Shown here: in pieces, positions 63,698-64,000 of the stretch
Layout of the letters: each line of letters begins with the position of its first letter
How positions within the stretch are numbered: position 1 is the first letter of the stretch
Assembly (NCBI GenBank): GCA_012026655.1
Contig: JAAILG010001570.1
Location: forward strand, 1-64,000
Direction: 5' to 3'
DNA from: Hydrolagus affinis
Lineage: Eukaryota
Length of the DNA stretch: 64,000 bases
Program-made: the position numbers and the translations under genes
The notes under the pieces: generated by a model
Seen by the model: the letters and a program-made list of their open reading frames with translations, nothing else
What the model was told of the DNA's origin: nothing
The model's database searches: none

Positions 63698-64000
63698 GTA
63701 TAAAAGCATTAAATGGAGGGAAAGCATGATTTGCTGTACTTGAAGCATTTCAACCTCATGCTCTGATTCATTAACGATAGATGCTAATTGTTGCAAACAT
63801 CATAGACCTGCAGTTAGAGACCCTCCCCCCACTGTGATAAATAGAGGGAGAGGAGTGTAATCTATCCATCATTTTCAACAGGGCATCATGTTAGTGGGGT
63901 GGTGCATGTTTATGGGATTGTTATTGCTGATCTAGATCACTCCCTTGTGTGTAACATAGCTCAACCAATAAAATACATTCGTACAATGGCCTCTGCTTTT

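Noticed and set aside
1-64000. CRISPR array, prokaryotic operon or intact transposase/RT gene
   Set aside because: No regularly spaced repeat-spacer units and no long ORFs; the content is vertebrate interspersed repeats.

Overview
AT-rich, non-coding vertebrate DNA. The repeat content points to a cartilaginous fish, most plausibly a holocephalan such as Callorhinchus milii; this is inferred from recalled repeat consensus sequences, not from a database search. No protein-coding gene can be supported: the ORFs are chance ORFs, SINE-derived peptides, or decayed CR1/L2 reverse-transcriptase remnants. The window holds roughly 40 full or partial copies of one ~320-bp tRNA-derived SINE (A/B boxes, CORE-like block, Deu-SINE-like 3' body, L2-type stem-loop tail, (ATT)n). 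It also holds older Deu-type SINEs, L2 and CR1 fragments, a Penelope-type terminus with a decayed minimal hammerhead, many ultra-short L2 tail-only insertions and a 100-N gap. Repeat-free islands carry PBX/HOX/MEIS motifs, as expected for an intron or gene desert near a developmental gene. The most notable feature is a TSD-flanked retrocopy at 43660-43786. It fuses the tRNA-Tyr 3' exon (starting exactly at the splice junction, no CCA, apparent 3' trailer) to an L2 3' tail. Repeat boundaries were read by eye and are approximate (about +/-10 bp) unless a TSD is given.
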